NCBI GenBank assembly: GCA_037132975.1
Contig: JBAXOZ010000001.1
Coordinates: forward strand, 1 to 52,967
DNA: 52,967 nucleotides
Direction: 5' to 3'
Source of the DNA: Comamonadaceae bacterium
Lineage (GTDB): Bacteria; Pseudomonadota; Gammaproteobacteria; Burkholderiales; Burkholderiaceae_C
Shown piece after piece: positions 1 to 9,779 of the stretch. Numbering within the stretch: the first letter of the stretch is position 1; the number at the start of each line of letters is the position of its first letter. Made by a program: the position numbers and the translations under genes. Below the pieces are notes generated by a model, which saw only the letters and a list, made by a program, of their open reading frames with translations, was not told the DNA's origin and did not search any database.

Positions 1-120
1 CTCAGATGGGAAAGAACGCGACGGCCGTCGCTTCGCGCTGCATTTTACTTGAGTGAAGCTGGCGCCAAGCCGGTTTGTCCCGCCATTGGGTATCATCTTC
101 CCGAAGAAACCGGGACTGTC

Positions 121-411
121 ATGACTGTACTGAAAGACGCAAGCGCTCGCACGGATGTGCTCCATCGCCTTCGGCGCGCTGAAGGGCAAATCCGGGGCGT
201 GCAACGCATGATCGAGGAGGGTGAAAGTTGCCTGACCATCGCTCAGCAGTTCTCTGCCGTGCGCAAGGCACTGGACAGCACCTACCTGCGCATGACCCTG
301 TGCTTCCTGGAACAGGAACTTCAAACTTGCGTGCAGCCTGATGCAACGCAGAAAGAGGGCCTGGAGCAGTTGTTCAAGGACATGGAAACCCTGCTGGCCC
401 GGATCGGCTGA
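121..411 (+). CDS. CsoR/RcnR/FrmR-family transcriptional repressor
   Basis: RLRRAEGQIRGVQRMIEEGESCLTIAQQFSAVRKAL matches the family signature; ATG at 121 gives a typical ~96 aa size. Confidence 0.85.
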   Translation: MTVLKDASARTDVLHRLRRAEGQIRGVQRMIEEGESCLTIAQQFSAVRKALDSTYLRMTLCFLEQELQTCVQPDATQKEGLEQLFKDMETLLARIG

Positions 412-412
412 T

Positions 413-1540
413 TCAGTCTGCTGACGCAGATGCAATCACGCCGCCGCCCAGACATACATCGCCGTCATACAACACGGCTGATTGACCCGGCGTGGCAGCC
501 CATTGCGGCTGCGCAAAGCTCAGACTGAAAGTTGCTTCGCTCTCCACCTTCAGCGTGCAGGCGGCGTCGGCCTGCCGGTAGCGTGTCTTGGCGCTCAGGG
601 GACCCGGCGCCGGCGCGACCCCGGCCACCCAACTGGCGTCATCGGCCTGCAGTGTCGTGGACTGCAGCCAGGCATGCTCGTGCCCCTGCACCACCCACAA
701 GGTGTTCTTCTCCAGATCCTTGCGCGCGACAAACCAGGGAGCGTGCTCGCCACCACCTCGCTGCGCCCCTTTGGCCTTGATGCCGCCGATACCCAGTCCC
801 TGACGTTGGCCCAGGGTGTAGAAACTCAAACCCACGTGCTCGCCGATGGTGCGCCCCTTGTCGTCCTTGATCGGACCGGGTTGGCGGGCGATATAGCGGT
901 TCAGAAATTCACGGAACGGCCGCTCGCCAATGAAGCAGATGCCGGTTGAGTCCTTCTTCCTGGCATTGGGCAGGCCAATTTCGGCGGCGATACGTCGCAC
1001 CTCGGTCTTGTGCAATTCGCCGATCGGGAACAGCGTCTTGGACAACTGATCCTGATTCAGCCGGTGCAGGAAGTAGCTTTGATCTTTGGCCGGATCGAGG
1101 CCCTTGAGCAGTTCGTATTTCTGCGTCTGCGGGTTCTGACGCACGCGGGCGTAGTGCCCGGTGGCGATACGGTGTGCACCCAGGCGCAGGGCGTGGTCCA
1201 GAAAGGCCTTGAACTTGATCTCGGCATTGCAAAGGATGTCCGGATTGGGCGTGCGCCCAGCCTGGTACTCACGCAGGAACTCGGCAAAAACCCGGTCCCG
1301 GTATTCGGCGGCAAAGTTGACGTGCTCGATCTCGATGCCAAGCACGTCGGCCACCGCTGCAGCGTCAACAAAATCGATGTTCGACGAGCAGTATTCGGAA
1401 TCGTCGTCACCTTCCCAGTTCTTCATGAAGATGCCGACAACCTCATAGCCCTGCTCCTTGAGCAGCCAGGCCGTCACCGCGGAGTCAACACCCCCACTCA
1501 AACCGACGACGACCTTGTGCCCTTTGCCCTGCTTGTTCAT
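413..1540 (-). CDS. mnmA: tRNA 2-thiouridine(34) synthase
   Basis: SGGVDS PP-loop, [36 protein letters not shown]; start trimmed to ATG 1540. Confidence 0.97.
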   Translation of the reverse strand: MNKQGKGHKVVVGLSGGVDSAVTAWLLKEQGYEVVGIFMKNWEGDDDSEYCSSNIDFVDAAAVADVLGIEIEHVNFAAEYRDRVFAEFLREYQAGRTPNPDILCNAEIKFKAFLDHALRLGAHRIATGHYARVRQNPQTQKYELLKGLDPAKDQSYFLHRLNQDQLSKTLFPIGELHKTEVRRIAAEIGLPNARKKDSTGICFIGERPFREFLNRYIARQPGPIKDDKGRTIGEHVGLSFYTLGQRQGLGIGGIKAKGAQRGGGEHAPWFVARKDLEKNTLWVVQGHEHAWLQSTTLQADDASWVAGVAPAPGPLSAKTRYRQADAACTLKVESEATFSLSFAQPQWAATPGQSAVLYDGDVCLGGGVIASASAD

Positions 1541-1618
1541 AGGTGTGAGATTATCCTTGCCACTGCGTGGTGGCGGGTAGTCTACAGTCCGGTATGTCAA
1601 AAAAGGGATGAGGTTGAT

Positions 1619-3028
1619 GTGAATCCGGATGTTCTGGTGATTGGTGGTGGCAACGCAGCGCTGTGCGCAGCGTTGATGGCGCGCGAGGCCGGCGCCAGTG
1701 TGCTGCTGCTGGAGGCGGCGCCGCGGGATTGGCGGGGCGGCAATTCGGCGCACACGCGCAATCTGCGCTGCATGCACGACGCACCCCAGGATGTGCTCAC
1801 CGACGCGTACCCGGAAGAAGAATATTGGCAGGATCTGCTCAAGGTCACCGGCGGCCAGACCAACGAAGCGCTGGCACGCCTGACCATTCGCGCATCGAGC
1901 ACCTGCCGTGACTGGATGCGCCGGCACGGCGTGCATTTTCAGCCCTCACTGTCAGGTACGCTGCACCTTTCGCGCACCAACGCTTTCTTTATGGGCGGCG
2001 GCAAAGCGCTGGTGAACGCTTATTACCGCAGCGCCGAGAAACTGGGGGTGGCGATCCGTTATGACGCTGCGGTGGATCGTATCGAGATCGAACAGGGTCG
2101 CTTTGTTGCGGCCTGGGTTGGAGATGAGCGCATCAGCGCCAAGTCCTGCGTGCTGGCGGCTGGCGGCTTCGAGTCGAACCGCGAATGGCTGCGCGAGGCC
2201 TGGGGTCAGAACGAGCGCGGTGAGTGGCCGGCGGACAACTTCTTGATCCGCGGCACGCGTTTCAACCGCGGCGTGCTGCTCAAGGAGTTGCTGCAAGCCG
2301 GAGCGGATGCGATTGGCGATGCAACGCAAGCCCATATGGTGGCGATTGATGCCCGCGCCCCGCTGTACGACGGCGGCATCTGCACGCGCATTGACTGTGT
2401 TTCGCTCGGCGTCGTGGTGAACCGCGACGGCCAGCGCTTTTACGACGAAGGCGAAGACTTCTGGCCCAAACGCTACGCCATCTGGGGTCGCCTGGTGGCG
2501 CAGCAGCCCGGCCAACTGGCTTATTCCATCATCGACGCCAAAGCGGCAGGGCGCTTCATGCCACCGGTCTTTCCGGGCGTGCGCGCCGACAGCCTGCCTG
2601 AACTGGCGCAAGCGCTCGGGCTCGATGTGGATGGCTTCATGCGCACACTGAACGACTACAACGCGGCCTGCCAGAGCGGCAGCTTCGATCACACCCTGCT
2701 CGATGATTGCTGCACCGCCGGCGTGACTCCAGCCAAGACGCATTGGGCACGCCCCATCGACACCGCGCCTTTCTTTGCCTACGCGCTGAAGCCCGGCGTG
2801 ACTTTTACCTATCTGGGCCTGAAGACCGACGCCAGCAGCGCCGTGCACTTTGGTGGCAAGCCCAGCGAGAACCTGTTTGTGGCCGGCGAGATGATGGCCG
2901 GCAATGTGCTGGGCAAGGGCTATACGGCAGGGGTTGGCATGTCGATCGGCACTGCGTTTGGCCGCATTGCCGGAACGCGGGCGGCGCAATCGGCGTTGCG
3001 AGAGGGGGCGCAGCATGCAAGCGCTTGA
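1619..3028 (+). CDS. tcuA: FAD-dependent tricarballylate dehydrogenase
   Basis: [19 protein letters not shown] motif, [28 protein letters not shown]; GTG start with GAGG RBS; followed by tcuB. Confidence 0.9.
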   Translation: MNPDVLVIGGGNAALCAALMAREAGASVLLLEAAPRDWRGGNSAHTRNLRCMHDAPQDVLTDAYPEEEYWQDLLKVTGGQTNEALARLTIRASSTCRDWMRRHGVHFQPSLSGTLHLSRTNAFFMGGGKALVNAYYRSAEKLGVAIRYDAAVDRIEIEQGRFVAAWVGDERISAKSCVLAAGGFESNREWLREAWGQNERGEWPADNFLIRGTRFNRGVLLKELLQAGADAIGDATQAHMVAIDARAPLYDGGICTRIDCVSLGVVVNRDGQRFYDEGEDFWPKRYAIWGRLVAQQPGQLAYSIIDAKAAGRFMPPVFPGVRADSLPELAQALGLDVDGFMRTLNDYNAACQSGSFDHTLLDDCCTAGVTPAKTHWARPIDTAPFFAYALKPGVTFTYLGLKTDASSAVHFGGKPSENLFVAGEMMAGNVLGKGYTAGVGMSIGTAFGRIAGTRAAQSALREGAQHASA

Positions 3029-4196
3029 GAACCTGACCCGCGAAGCGCGTGCGCTGGCGGATGGCACCAGCCTGAGCGTGCACGAGGCCGAAGTAGGGCG
3101 GCAAATGCAGATCTGCAACGCCTGCCGCTACTGCGAGGGCTTTTGTGCCGTCTTTCCGGCGATGACGCGGCGGCTTGAATTTGGCAAGGCAGATGTGCAC
3201 TACCTTGCCAACCTGTGCCACAACTGCGGCGCCTGTCTGCATGCCTGCCAGTACGCACCGCCGCACGAGTTTGCCGTCAATGTGCCGCAGGCCATGGCCA
3301 AAGTCCGCCTCCAGACCTATGCCGACTATGCCTGGCCGGCCGCGCTGGGATCGCTCTACCGGCGCAACGGCCTGACGCTCGCGCTGGTACTGGCGGCGGC
3401 GCTGGCGCTTTTCATGATGCTGGTGCTGGGCGGCAGCGGCTCAAGCGGGCAGGCTACTGCTGCATCGGGTTTTTACGCGATCCTGCCCCACGGTCTGCTG
3501 GTCTCGCTGTTTGCGCCGGTGTTTCTTTTTGCGGTGCTCGCGCTGGGCCTGGGTCTGCGCCGCTTCTGGCGCGAGATCAGACCGGCGTCACTGTCGGACC
3601 CTGACGCCAGTGCCATGTCAGGCGTCGCGGTCCGGGAAGCCAGCCGCAACGCCCTGAGCCTGAAGTACCTCGATGGTGGGCACGGCGAGGGCTGCAACAA
3701 CCATGACGATGGCTGGACGCTGTGGCGCCGGCGCTTTCATCACCTGACGGCGTACGGATTTGTTCTGTGCTTTGCCGCCACCAGCGTGGCCACGCTCTAC
3801 CACTACCTGCTGGCTTGGGACGCGCCCTATGACTTGCCCAGTCTGCCCAAACTGTTGGGTGTCATCGGCGGTGTCAGTCTTCTGATTGGCAGCGCCGGTC
3901 TGTTCGCTCTGAATCTGCGCCGGCATCCGCTGCATGGCGACGCGGCACAAAAGCCCATGGACCGGGGTTTCATCGCTCTGCTGTTTTTCAGCAGCGCCAG
4001 TGGTCTGGCTCTGTGGCTCGCGCGCAGCTCGGCTGCCATGCCACTGCTGTTGGCATTTCATCTGGGCGTGGTGATGGCACTGTTCCTGACGCTGCCCTAC
4101 GGCAAGTTCGCGCACGGCCTCTTTCGCGGTGCCGCGCTGCTCAAGTGGTCAATAGAGCGGCGCCAGCCGGACCGGTTGAAACTCGGCTCAGACTGA
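3015..4196 (+). CDS. tcuB: tricarballylate utilization 4Fe-4S membrane protein
   Basis: [11 protein letters not shown] and [11 protein letters not shown] Fe-S motifs, several hydrophobic helices, PYGKFAH; overlaps the tcuA end. Confidence 0.9.
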   Translation: MQALENLTREARALADGTSLSVHEAEVGRQMQICNACRYCEGFCAVFPAMTRRLEFGKADVHYLANLCHNCGACLHACQYAPPHEFAVNVPQAMAKVRLQTYADYAWPAALGSLYRRNGLTLALVLAAALALFMMLVLGGSGSSGQATAASGFYAILPHGLLVSLFAPVFLFAVLALGLGLRRFWREIRPASLSDPDASAMSGVAVREASRNALSLKYLDGGHGEGCNNHDDGWTLWRRRFHHLTAYGFVLCFAATSVATLYHYLLAWDAPYDLPSLPKLLGVIGGVSLLIGSAGLFALNLRRHPLHGDAAQKPMDRGFIALLFFSSASGLALWLARSSAAMPLLLAFHLGVVMALFLTLPYGKFAHGLFRGAALLKWSIERRQPDRLKLGSD

Positions 4197-4237
4197 CAGT
4201 CATATGCCAATACCTGTTCAGCATGCGGGGTGGATCA

Positions 4238-4468
4238 GGCCGACGGGGCACTCAACTCCGCGACTGTCCCCCGCCCTTTGGGCTCCTCCTTTATGTCGCT
4301 GCGTTGAGCGCCCCATCAGCCAGATCTCGGATGTGGGGTTGGTATTTGGACTACGCGAACCGCTAAGGCTCGTTGCCGACGGTGTGACTGTGGGTGATGC
4401 AGCGAAATCAAGGAGGAGCCCGCAGGGCGGGGGACATTCGCGGAATCATCCACTGTCGCACCGTCGGC
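4238..4468. repeat. paired inverted REP/MITE-like element (two 46-bp cores, each in its own hairpin)
   Basis: 4257-4302 matches the reverse complement of 4399-4444 at 41/46 positions; each core is flanked by a different long stem. Confidence 0.8.
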
Positions 4469-4523
4469 CCACACACGCAAGAAATGCGATGTAGCGAATT
4501 TTGATAATCCCAAAGGAGAAAAC

Positions 4524-5279
4524 ATGGATTTACAGCTTAAAGACAAGACCGCACTGGTCACCGGCGCCAGTACCGGCATCGGTCGCAGCATTGCGCTTGC
4601 GCTGGCGGCCGAGGGCGTGCATGTGGCCATTTCGGCGCGGCGCGTGAACCTGCTGGCGGAGGTGGCGGACCAGATCGAGGCGGCCGGTGGTCCGCGTCCT
4701 GTGATCATCGAGTCCGACCTGTATGCCGAGGACGCAGCGCAGCGTCTCACGTCAGCCGCCATGGCCGGTCTGGGTCATGTTGACATTCTGGTCAACAACG
4801 CTGGCGGCTCGCGCAGTTTTACTGATCTGCATGTCAGCGAAGAGCGCTGGCAGGAGGCCATCACGCTGAACTTTCACCGGCCACGCCAGGTAGCGGATGC
4901 CCTGATCGACCAGATGATGGAGCGCAAGTGGGGCCGTATCATCAACATCACGGGCAAGAGCGAGCCCGAACACGTGAACGGCGCTTTTTGTGCCAAGGCG
5001 GGCATTCACAGCTGGGCCAAGGGTCTGAGTCGCATGGTGGGCAAGCACGGGGTCACGGTCAACTGCGTGCCGCCCGGGCGCATACTGTCGGAACAGATTC
5101 TGCGCAACTACACGCCGGAGTACCGTCAGTGGCAGTCCGATAATGAGATCCCGGTGGGGCGCTACGGTGAGCCCGAAGAGCTCGCCCATCTCGTGTGTTT
5201 CCTGGCCTCACCCCTGGCCAGTTACATCACCGGAACCGTGATCGCCGTTGACGGCGGATTGCGCAGATATCAGTTTTGA
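4524..5279 (+). CDS. SDR family oxidoreductase (atypical active site)
   Basis: TGASTGIG, NNAG, ASYITGTVIAVDGG; strong AAGGAG RBS. Confidence 0.9.
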   Translation: MDLQLKDKTALVTGASTGIGRSIALALAAEGVHVAISARRVNLLAEVADQIEAAGGPRPVIIESDLYAEDAAQRLTSAAMAGLGHVDILVNNAGGSRSFTDLHVSEERWQEAITLNFHRPRQVADALIDQMMERKWGRIINITGKSEPEHVNGAFCAKAGIHSWAKGLSRMVGKHGVTVNCVPPGRILSEQILRNYTPEYRQWQSDNEIPVGRYGEPEELAHLVCFLASPLASYITGTVIAVDGGLRRYQF

Positions 5280-5323
5280 ATCGCCCGTTAGCTGGAGGCA
5301 AAATTGTCAAAGCACCCTATCTC

Positions 5324-5398
5324 GTCATCGCGAGGCCGTAGGCCGTGGCGATCCATGTCTCCAGAATGCATGGACTGCCGCGCTGCGCTCGCAGTGAC
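5324..5398. repeat. GTCAT-type REP doublet (REPIN-like)
   Basis: gtcatcgcgaggccgtaggccgtggcgatccatg ... catggactgccgcgctgcgctcgcagtgac; imperfect inverted pair, with a related copy inside polA. Confidence 0.85.
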
Positions 5399-5460
5399 AA
5401 TTCTTCTACCTAAGCACGCAGCGAATACCTCTTATTAACCGAGATAGCCGAAAGAATCCA

Positions 5461-6456
5461 ATGAATCTTCTGACACCACTCCAGCGCCGCCAATTGCTGC
5501 TCGCCGCCGGCGCAGCCGGTCTGAGCTCCGCCTTTTCTCCACTGCACGCGCAGACCGCCTGGCCGTCCAAGCCGATCCGTTTTGTTGTGCCTTTTGCCCC
5601 CGGCGGCACTTCCGAAATCGTGGCGCGCTCGGTGGCGGCCGAATTGACCAAGCAGCTCGGCCAAAACGTCTTTGTTGAAAACAAGCCGGGTGGCGCCGGC
5701 GTCGTGGCCATGATGGACGTGGCCAAGGCCGCGCCGGACGGTCACACCCTGATTCTGGGACATGTCGGTACGCTGGCCGTCAACCCTTACATGCTCAAGA
5801 GCCAACCCTATGATGTCGACAAGGACTTCATCCCGGTCACGCTGCTGGCCAAGGTGCCCAATGTGTTTGTGGTGCATGCCGATGTGCCGGCCAGGAACTT
5901 CAAGGAGTTTGTGGCCTATGTCAAAAAGAACCCGGGTCAGCTCAATTACGGCTCGGCCGGCAATGCCAGCGCCGGCCATCTGGCGATGGAATACCTGAAA
6001 CTGGTCACCGGCATGTACATCACGCACATCCCCTACCGCGGCACCGGTCCGCAACTGACCGACCTGTTGTCCGGGCGCACGCAGGCCTCATCGGCCGGCT
6101 TGCCGGCGCTGTCGGCTCACATCAAGAGCGGCAAGTTGCGCGCCATTGCTGTTGGCACACAGCAGCGCATCTCGCATCTGCCCGATGTGCCGACGGTGGC
6201 CGAAATGGGGTTCAAGGACTTTGAGACATCGCAGTGGTACGGCATTCTGGCGCCGGCCGGAACACCGCCTGAGGTCGTCAAGCGCATTCAGGAGGAGTCG
6301 CTCAAGGCCCTCAAATCAAGCGCCATCACCGAACGCTTTGCCAGTGACAACGCGATCGGTGGCGGTGGCCCGTCCTCGGAGTTTGCTGCCTTCATTGGCC
6401 GTGAGCAGAAGATCTGGAAAGACATCGTGCAGCGCGCCCAGATCAAGGCTGACTAG
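5461..6456 (+). CDS. Bug/TctC tripartite tricarboxylate transporter substrate-binding protein
   Basis: WPSKPIRFVVPFAPGG, VENKPGGAG, APDGHTL, HIPYRG; Tat-like RRQLL signal peptide. Confidence 0.93.
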   Translation: MNLLTPLQRRQLLLAAGAAGLSSAFSPLHAQTAWPSKPIRFVVPFAPGGTSEIVARSVAAELTKQLGQNVFVENKPGGAGVVAMMDVAKAAPDGHTLILGHVGTLAVNPYMLKSQPYDVDKDFIPVTLLAKVPNVFVVHADVPARNFKEFVAYVKKNPGQLNYGSAGNASAGHLAMEYLKLVTGMYITHIPYRGTGPQLTDLLSGRTQASSAGLPALSAHIKSGKLRAIAVGTQQRISHLPDVPTVAEMGFKDFETSQWYGILAPAGTPPEVVKRIQEESLKALKSSAITERFASDNAIGGGGPSSEFAAFIGREQKIWKDIVQRAQIKAD

Positions 6457-6622
6457 CAGCCCGAAGGCTGCTACAGATTGCCGTTTCATTGATCCACGTC
6501 ATGCATCACCCTGGTCGCAAGGGTGACAAATTCAGTTAAGCTTCGCGTCGCAGTGTTTCCCTGAGCTCGGCCTCGGGGAGGTGCAGCACTACTGTGCAAA
6601 ATTCAAGTTGAGGAGTTGCTTC

Positions 6623-8284
6623 ATGCAAACTGGCGTACCTAATGGGACGACGTCGGGAACCACCCCGGCCGCCGTTGCCCCCGAGACAAAAGCAGGACAG
6701 CGCATCGGCGTACCGCGCGAAATATTCCCTGGTGAGAAACGTGTCGCTACCGTCCCCGAAGTGGTCGAAAAGCTGATCAAGCTCGGCTTCGCCGTCTCGG
6801 TCGAGACCGGTGCTGGCGATGCGGCGAACTGTTCCGACGACGCCTACCGCGCAGCGGGCGCGCAGATTGTCGACACGGCGGCCGCCCTCTGGGCACAGTC
6901 AGACATCGTGTTCAAGGTCTGCGTTCCGACCGCTGCCGAAGTTGACATGATGCGCGCAGGCGGCATCCTGATCGGCTTCATCTGGCCCGGACAAAACCCC
7001 GAATTGATGCAGCAGCTCACCGCCAAGAAGGCGACCGTGCTGGCCATCGATGCGCTGCCGCGTATGCTGAGTCGCGCCCAGAAGATGGACGCGTTGACGT
7101 CCCAGGCGGGTGTCGCCGGTTACCGTGCCGTCATTGAGGCCGCCAACGCTTTTGGCCGATTCTTCAACGGCCAGATCACGGCTGCGGGCAAGGTTCAGCC
7201 TGCCAAGGTCTTTATCGCCGGTGCCGGTGTGGCCGGTCTGGCTGCCATTGGTACGGCGGCCGGTCTGGGCGCCATCGTGCGTGCCAACGACACCCGTGCC
7301 GAAGTGGCCGATCAGGTGGTCTCGCTGGGTGGCGAATTCGTCAAGGTCGATTACGAGGAAGAAGGCTCCGGCGGCGGCGGTTACGCCAAGGTCATGAGCG
7401 AGGGCTTCCAGCAGGCCCAGCGCGACATGTATGCCAAGCAGGCGCGTGAGGTGGACATCATCATCACCACCGCGCTGATCCCCGGCAAGCCCGCGCCCAA
7501 GTTGATCACCGCAGAGATGGTCAAGAGCATGAAGCCGGGCAGTGTCATCGTTGACATGGCGGCTGAGCGCGGCGGCAACTGCGAACTGACCGTTCCGGGT
7601 GAGTCCGTCGTAAGGCACGACGTGACCATCGTCGGCTACACCGACCTGGCCTCGCGTCTGGCCAAGCAGTCCTCCACGCTGTACGGCACCAACCTGTGGC
7701 GCCTGGCCGAGGAGTTGTGCAAGGCCAAGGACGGCGTTGCCAACGTCAACATGGAAGACGACGCCATCCGCGGCCTGACCGTGACCAAGGACGGCACCGT
7801 CACCTGGCCGGCGCCAGCACCCAAACTACCGGCTGCCGCTACCGCGCCAGCCAAAGCCGCTGCGGCCCCTGCCGCCAAGAAGGGCGGCCATGGTCACGGC
7901 GGTGGTGGCGGCGAACCCATGGCCGGCAGCAAGCTGGCCATCGTGTTCGGCGTCGCAGCAGCACTGTTCTGGCTTGTCGGCAACAGCGCACCACCGGCAT
8001 TTTTGTCGCACTTCACGGTCTTTGTGCTGGCCTGCTTCGTTGGCTACATGGTGGTGTGGAACGTCAAGCCGGCCCTGCACACCCCGCTGATGAGCGTAAC
8101 CAACGCCATCTCCAGCATCATCGCCATCGGTGCCCTGGTGCAGATTTCACCACTGGCTGGAGCCGTTGGGCGGCCCAACGACTGGATAAGTTGGGTAGCG
8201 GCAGCGGGCATTGTGCTCACCGCCATCAATATGTTCGGCGGCTTCGCCGTCACCCAGCGCATGCTGGCCATGTTCCGCAAATAA
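6623..8284 (+). CDS. pntA: NAD(P)(+) transhydrogenase subunit alpha
   Basis: [38 protein letters not shown]; GAGGAG RBS before ATG 6623. Confidence 0.97.
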   Translation: MQTGVPNGTTSGTTPAAVAPETKAGQRIGVPREIFPGEKRVATVPEVVEKLIKLGFAVSVETGAGDAANCSDDAYRAAGAQIVDTAAALWAQSDIVFKVCVPTAAEVDMMRAGGILIGFIWPGQNPELMQQLTAKKATVLAIDALPRMLSRAQKMDALTSQAGVAGYRAVIEAANAFGRFFNGQITAAGKVQPAKVFIAGAGVAGLAAIGTAAGLGAIVRANDTRAEVADQVVSLGGEFVKVDYEEEGSGGGGYAKVMSEGFQQAQRDMYAKQAREVDIIITTALIPGKPAPKLITAEMVKSMKPGSVIVDMAAERGGNCELTVPGESVVRHDVTIVGYTDLASRLAKQSSTLYGTNLWRLAEELCKAKDGVANVNMEDDAIRGLTVTKDGTVTWPAPAPKLPAAATAPAKAAAAPAAKKGGHGHGGGGGEPMAGSKLAIVFGVAAALFWLVGNSAPPAFLSHFTVFVLACFVGYMVVWNVKPALHTPLMSVTNAISSIIAIGALVQISPLAGAVGRPNDWISWVAAAGIVLTAINMFGGFAVTQRMLAMFRK

Positions 8285-8296
8285 GGGAGGCAATTC

Positions 8297-9718
8297 ATGT
8301 TTACTACAGAACTGGCAACCGTCTCCTACATTGGGGCTACGATTCTTTTCATCCTGAGCCTGGGTGGTTTGTCGAACCAGGAAACCGCCTTGCGCGGCAA
8401 CCTCTACGGCATGATCGGCATGGCGCTGGCCGTGCTGGCAACCATCTTTGGTCCGCAAGTCACCTGGGCCGGTATTCCCTGGATCATCGCTGCCATGCTG
8501 GTCGGTGGCTCCATCGGTTTGTACGCAGCACGCACCGTGCAAATGACGCAGATGCCCGAACTGGTGGCATTGATGCACAGCATGGTCGGTCTGGCCGCCA
8601 TGCTGGTGGGTATTTCCACCTTCATCGACCCGGAGGCCTCCAAGGGCTTCGTCGGTGCCGCCAAATCCATTCATGAGATGGAGATTTACATCGGCATTCT
8701 GATTGGTGCCGTCACGTTCTCGGGCTCCGTCATCGCCTTTGGAAAACTGTCAGGCCGCATCGGTGGTAACCCGCTGCTGCTGCCGGGTCGGCACTGGCTG
8801 AACCTGGTCGGTCTGCTGGTGGTGATCTATTTCGGTCGCGAGTTCATGAACGCCCACAGCATTCAGGACGGCATCATGCCGCTGGTGGTGATGACCGTGA
8901 TTGCCTTGCTGTTTGGTATCCACATGGTGATGGCCATTGGTGGCGCCGACATGCCGGTAGTGGTCTCCATGCTCAACAGCTATTCCGGATGGGCCGCAGC
9001 GGCCACCGGCTTCATGCTGTCGAATGACCTGCTGATCGTGACGGGTGCCCTGGTGGGCTCCAGCGGCGCCATTCTGTCCTACATCATGTGCAAGGCGATG
9101 GCACGCAGCTTTATCAGCGTGATTGCGGGTGGATTCGGCACCGCGAGTGCAGCGCCCAAGCCGGCTGGTGATCCTTCGCAGCCGGCAGGCGAGGTGACCC
9201 CGGTCAGCGCTACCGAGACCGCTGAGTTGCTGCGTGAAGCCAAGAGCGTCATCATCGTTCCGGGTTACGGCATGGCCGTGGCGCAGGCACAGCACACGGT
9301 GTACGAGATCACCAAGTTGCTGCGCGCCAAAGGCGTCAACATCCGTTTTGGTATTCACCCGGTGGCCGGGCGCATGCCAGGCCACATGAACGTGCTGCTG
9401 GCCGAGGCCAAGGTGCCCTACGACATCGTGTTCGAAATGGATGAGTTGAATGACGACTTCCCCAAGACCGATGTGGTGATGGTGATCGGCGCCAACGACA
9501 TCGTGAATCCGGGTGCGCAGGACGACCCAAGCAGCCCGATTGCCGGCATGCCGGTGCTCGAAGTCTGGAAAGCCAAGACCTCCATCGTGATGAAGCGTTC
9601 CATGGCCTCCGGCTACGCCGGCGTTGACAACCCGCTGTTCTACAAAGAGAACAACCGCATGCTGTTCGGCGATGCCAAAAAGATGCTCGATGAAGTGCTG
9701 ACCGTCCTGAAAGCCTGA
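8297..9718 (+). CDS. pntB: NAD(P)(+) transhydrogenase subunit beta
   Basis: [45 protein letters not shown]. Confidence 0.97.
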   Translation: MFTTELATVSYIGATILFILSLGGLSNQETALRGNLYGMIGMALAVLATIFGPQVTWAGIPWIIAAMLVGGSIGLYAARTVQMTQMPELVALMHSMVGLAAMLVGISTFIDPEASKGFVGAAKSIHEMEIYIGILIGAVTFSGSVIAFGKLSGRIGGNPLLLPGRHWLNLVGLLVVIYFGREFMNAHSIQDGIMPLVVMTVIALLFGIHMVMAIGGADMPVVVSMLNSYSGWAAAATGFMLSNDLLIVTGALVGSSGAILSYIMCKAMARSFISVIAGGFGTASAAPKPAGDPSQPAGEVTPVSATETAELLREAKSVIIVPGYGMAVAQAQHTVYEITKLLRAKGVNIRFGIHPVAGRMPGHMNVLLAEAKVPYDIVFEMDELNDDFPKTDVVMVIGANDIVNPGAQDDPSSPIAGMPVLEVWKAKTSIVMKRSMASGYAGVDNPLFYKENNRMLFGDAKKMLDEVLTVLKA

Positions 9719-9730
9719 TAATCTGCTGCT

Positions 9731-9766
9731 AAGGCCCGTCGCTGATGAGGCGACGGGCCTTTTTTA
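9731..9766 (+). terminator. intrinsic terminator after pntB
   Basis: aaggcccgtcgc-loop-gcgacgggcctt followed by a T tract. Confidence 0.85.
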
Positions 9767-9779
9767 TTTGGAGGCAGAC

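Noticed and set aside
1010-1936. Apparent long overlap between N-terminally extended mnmA and tcuA ORFs
   Set aside because: Family motifs begin only at 1540 (mnmA) and 1619 (tcuA); the extensions come from choosing the longest ORF.
6454-6473. tagcagcc-cgaa-ggctgcta hairpin at the Bug stop codon as a terminator
   Set aside because: The stem is perfect but has no U tract; at most a 3' stabilising hairpin.
7860-7920. His/Gly-rich linker in PntA ([12 protein letters not shown]) as a metal-binding insert
   Set aside because: It is most simply a low-complexity linker between the soluble and membrane domains, and nothing else supports a metal role.
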